This document shows positions 38,694 to 41,860 of a stretch of DNA of 41,860 bases, piece after piece (positions within the stretch are counted from its first letter, which is position 1; every line of letters starts with the position of its first letter). The DNA is from an uncultured beta proteobacterium (lineage in GTDB: Bacteria > Pseudomonadota > Gammaproteobacteria > Burkholderiales > Burkholderiaceae_B), in assembly GCA_903929925.1 (NCBI GenBank), contig CAIYWO010000101.1, forward strand, positions 1 through 41,860, given 5' to 3'. The notes below the pieces were generated by a model. The model made no database searches and was not told the DNA's origin. It worked only from the letters and a program-made list of their open reading frames with translations. The translations under genes were made by a program, and so were the position numbers.

Positions 38694-41540
38694 ATGTCGA
38701 GTAACACAGTCGCCCAGTTCGCTATCGAATTGAAAATGCCTGCCAATGTACTGCTAGAGCAGTTGCGTGGGGCCGGCGTGGATCTCAAATCGGTGGACGA
38801 TAACGTCACGGACGGCGATAAAGCTCGACTGCTCGAGTCTCTGCGTCGTTCCCACGGTGCGACTGAGGGTAAGAAAATTACGCTCACGCGCAGACAGACC
38901 ACTGAAATCCGTCAGGCTGATGGCTCAGGTAAGTCGCGCACCATCCAGGTTGAAGTCCGCAAGAAGCGTGTTTTTGTTAAGCGCGATACACCTGAGGCAA
39001 CCGATGTTGCGCCTGCGGCTCCGGTAGCCCAAGAGCCTGTCGTACCTGCCGCAGAGTCGCCTGCAGTTGAGCTTCGTGTTGCCGAGCCAGTGACTGAAGT
39101 CGCTGCCCCAGTCGTGCAGGTGCAAGAAACAGTGGCGCCTGTAGACGTTCCAGAGGCGGTCGCCCCTGTTGAAGTTGCCCCAATTGAAGTCGCTCCGGTC
39201 GAAGTGGTCGCAGTGCCTGTCAGCGTGCCTGAAGTTGTTGCCGAGCCTGTTGCTGTCGCCCCAGTTGTAGACACACCTGTGGTTGCTGAGCCTTCCGTTG
39301 CGCAAACGCCTGCCGAACCCGTTACAGAAGCGAGCAAAATCGCGTCTAAAGCTATCCGTGGTCGGGCGGTAACCCCCGCTCACCTTGAAGGCGATGCAGG
39401 TGTGCGTGACGAAGCGCGTCGTGCTTCAGAGGCCGAGGCGGCTGCGTTGCGCGACATGCTCAACAAACCGCGTAAAGTATTACGTGCAGAGCCTGATCCT
39501 GCGGCCTTGTCTGGCACCTTGCACAAGCCTGCTGGTGCTAAGCCAGGCAAAAAAGAAGGTGCAGCTGACGCACCTGGCAAAAAGACATTGAAGTCGGGCG
39601 AAATCGCCTCGACGTGGTCCGACGATGCTTCACGCAAAAAGCCTGCAGAAAAGCGCGATGCGCCTGCTGCACCTGGTCGTGAAGGTTGGCGTGCCGGTGG
39701 TAAGAGCAAGTCTGGTGGTAGAAAAGGCGGGCGCGGCGCAAACAATGCGCAGGTTGATAATCGCGAACCAGCACCAATTGAATTCATCGCACGTGAAATT
39801 CACGTGCCAGAAACAATTAGCGTTGCCGATCTTGCACACAAAATGTCGGTCAAGGCTGGCGAAGTGATTAAGCATCTGATGCAGTTGGGCCAGATGGTCA
39901 CAATTAACCAAGTGCTTGATCAAGAAACGGCCATGATCGTGGTCGAAGAACTTGGTCACAAGGCAATTGCCGCCAAGTTAGATGATCCCGAGGCGTTCCT
40001 GGATGAAGAAGCGCCACACGCAGACGTTCAACTGATGCCGCGTGCACCGGTGGTGACCGTGATGGGTCACGTCGATCACGGTAAGACTTCGTTGCTAGAC
40101 TACATCCGTCGCGCCAAGGTTGCGTCAGGTGAGGCGGGCGGCATTACCCAGCACATCGGCGCCTATCACGTTCAAACCGAGCGTGGCATGGTGACATTCC
40201 TAGATACTCCGGGCCACGAGGCATTTACTGCGATGCGTGCGCGTGGCGCGAAAGCTACCGATATTGTGATTCTGGTTGTGGCGGCCGACGACGGTGTCAT
40301 GCCCCAAACTAAAGAAGCGATCCATCATGCCAAGGCGGCAGGTGTTCCGCTCGTGGTTGCAGTCAACAAGATTGACAAGCCCGAAGCGAATCCCGAGCGC
40401 GTGAAGCAAGAATTGGTGGTCGAAGAAGTTGTGCCCGAAGAGTATGGTGGCGATGTGCCGTTTATCCCGGTGTCTGCAAAAACTGGCCAAGGGATTGATG
40501 CACTACTAGAAAACGTACTGCTTCAGGCTGAAGTGCTAGAGCTTAAAGCTGCGATCGATGCGCCTGCAAAAGGTATTGTGATCGAAGCACGTCTGGATAA
40601 GGGGCGTGGTCCGGTAGCGACAATCCTGGTGCAAAGCGGCACCTTGCGTCGCGGCGATGTCGTGCTGGCTGGCGCAAGTTATGGTCGCGTACGAGCGATG
40701 CTTGATGAGAACGGCAAGCCGATCCAGTCCGCTGGTCCTTCGATTCCTGTCGAGATCCAAGGTTTGACCGAAGTGCCTGCGGCAGGTGACGAAGTGATGT
40801 CTCTGGCGGATGAGCGTCGCGCGCGTGAAATCGCGTTGTTCCGTCAAGGTAAGTTCCGTGACGTTAAGTTGGCACGTCAGCAAGCCGCCAAGCTTGAGTC
40901 GATGTTTGAAAACATCGCTGAGGGCTCACAGACCTTGTCCTTGATTGTGAAGACGGATGTGCAAGGTTCACAAGAGGCTTTAGTGCAATCTCTCGTGAAG
41001 CTTTCTACCGAAGAGGTGCGCGTGCAAGTGGTACATGCTGCGGTAGGCGGTATCTCTGAAAGCGACGTCAACTTGGCGATTGCTTCCGGTGCTGTGATCA
41101 TCGGCTTTAACGTACGTGCAGACGCAAGCTCCAAGAAGCTGGCGGAATCGAACGGCGTGGATATTCGTTACTACAACATCATTTATGATGCGGTCGACGA
41201 AGTTAAGCTAGCCATGTCTGGCATGCTTGCGCCCGAGAAGCGTGAAGAGATTATCGGTATGGTCGATATCCGCGAGGTCTACACGATTTCGCGTATCGGT
41301 ACTGTGGCTGGTTGTATGGTGACCGACGGCTTGGTTCGCCGCGACTCGCAAGTTCGCCTCTTGCGCAACAACGTCGTGCATTGGACGGGTCATATGGAGT
41401 CCTTGCGTCGCTTCAAGGATGATGTGCGCGAAGTGAAGTCTGGTTTTGATTGCGGTATCACGCTGCGCGGTAACAATGATCTACAGGTTGGTGATCAACT
41501 TGAGATCTTTGAAATTAGGGAAGTGGCGCGTACGCTGTAA
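38694..41540 (+). CDS. infB: Translation initiation factor IF-2
   Basis: [49 protein letters not shown]. Confidence 0.98.
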   Translation: MSSNTVAQFAIELKMPANVLLEQLRGAGVDLKSVDDNVTDGDKARLLESLRRSHGATEGKKITLTRRQTTEIRQADGSGKSRTIQVEVRKKRVFVKRDTPEATDVAPAAPVAQEPVVPAAESPAVELRVAEPVTEVAAPVVQVQETVAPVDVPEAVAPVEVAPIEVAPVEVVAVPVSVPEVVAEPVAVAPVVDTPVVAEPSVAQTPAEPVTEASKIASKAIRGRAVTPAHLEGDAGVRDEARRASEAEAAALRDMLNKPRKVLRAEPDPAALSGTLHKPAGAKPGKKEGAADAPGKKTLKSGEIASTWSDDASRKKPAEKRDAPAAPGREGWRAGGKSKSGGRKGGRGANNAQVDNREPAPIEFIAREIHVPETISVADLAHKMSVKAGEVIKHLMQLGQMVTINQVLDQETAMIVVEELGHKAIAAKLDDPEAFLDEEAPHADVQLMPRAPVVTVMGHVDHGKTSLLDYIRRAKVASGEAGGITQHIGAYHVQTERGMVTFLDTPGHEAFTAMRARGAKATDIVILVVAADDGVMPQTKEAIHHAKAAGVPLVVAVNKIDKPEANPERVKQELVVEEVVPEEYGGDVPFIPVSAKTGQGIDALLENVLLQAEVLELKAAIDAPAKGIVIEARLDKGRGPVATILVQSGTLRRGDVVLAGASYGRVRAMLDENGKPIQSAGPSIPVEIQGLTEVPAAGDEVMSLADERRAREIALFRQGKFRDVKLARQQAAKLESMFENIAEGSQTLSLIVKTDVQGSQEALVQSLVKLSTEEVRVQVVHAAVGGISESDVNLAIASGAVIIGFNVRADASSKKLAESNGVDIRYYNIIYDAVDEVKLAMSGMLAPEKREEIIGMVDIREVYTISRIGTVAGCMVTDGLVRRDSQVRLLRNNVVHWTGHMESLRRFKDDVREVKSGFDCGITLRGNNDLQVGDQLEIFEIREVARTL
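39159..39203 (+). repeat. Degenerate 15-bp in-frame triplication in infB linker
   Basis: GTCGCCCCTGTTGAA GTTGCCCCAATTGAA GTCGCTCCGGTCGAA ([15 protein letters not shown]). Confidence 0.7.
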
Positions 41541-41549
41541 GCCAAACCC

Positions 41550-41860
41550 ATGAGCCGCCATAAGCAAAAATCCGCACCTGGTCGTAATTTGAGACTGGCT
41601 GACCAGATCCAAAAGGATTTGGCCATTATCATTCAGCGCGAAATCGATATGAGTCGCGTTGGGATGATCACCCTCTCGGGCATTGAGCTCACGACGGACT
41701 ATGCGCATGCCAAGGTTTATTTCACGGTTTTAGGTGGTGAACCTGAGTTGGCTGCGGCGCTCTTGAATGAAAAGGCGGGATGGTTTCATTCCCAGCTTTA
41801 TAAGTTGTTGCACATACACACAGTGCCGACCTTGCGGTTTTTTCATGACCCACAGCTTAA
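41550..41860 (+). CDS. rbfA: Ribosome-binding factor A, partial (runs off window end)
   Basis: Translated by hand: [25 protein letters not shown]...[10 protein letters not shown]...[12 protein letters not shown]; no in-frame stop before 41860. Confidence 0.95.
   Translation, partial: MSRHKQKSAPGRNLRLADQIQKDLAIIIQREIDMSRVGMITLSGIELTTDYAHAKVYFTVLGGEPELAAALLNEKAGWFHSQLYKLLHIHTVPTLRFFHDPQL

Noticed and set aside
38912-39787. Ser/Thr/Gly-rich minus-strand ORFs opposite infB
   Set aside because: Antisense shadows of the repetitive IF-2 linker

Overview
Gene-dense chromosomal segment of a betaproteobacterium, most likely Alcaligenaceae (inferred from four Bug/TctC solute receptors and the scpB-rluB-rimP-nusA-infB-rbfA order). 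Positions 1-33,100 are a patchwork of small-molecule metabolism: NIPSNAP, D-aminoacylase-like hydrolase, M20 peptidase, malate synthase G, a solitary truncated cyanophycin synthetase, aldo/keto reductase, two CitE-like lyases, aminotransferase, Lon-N protein with ArfB, a 49-aa ORF absent from the ORF track followed by a TPR-GT41 (O-GlcNAc-transferase-like) gene, a TauD-Bug-CMD unit, DinB, DAHP synthase, a divergent 8-gene organic-acid catabolic cluster, nitroreductase, a fused double acyl-CoA dehydrogenase, an enoyl-CoA hydratase and a P-loop-less CobW-like protein. Positions 33,430-41,860 are core genes: initiator tRNA-Met, scpB, rluB, rimP, nusA, infB and a partial rbfA. I saw no mobile element, CRISPR array, rRNA or DNA-binding regulator gene. 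Best candidates for undescribed biology: (1) the solo CphA with intact N and ATP-grasp sites but a degenerate, truncated Mur-ligase domain; (2) the divergent hydratase/lyase/CoA-transferase cluster with non-canonical active-site motifs around a palindromic operator; (3) the small basic protein plus GT41 pair; (4) the CobW-like pseudo-GTPase and the structured, promoter-bearing intergenic region next to tRNA-fMet. All assignments come from motif recognition by eye; no searches were run.
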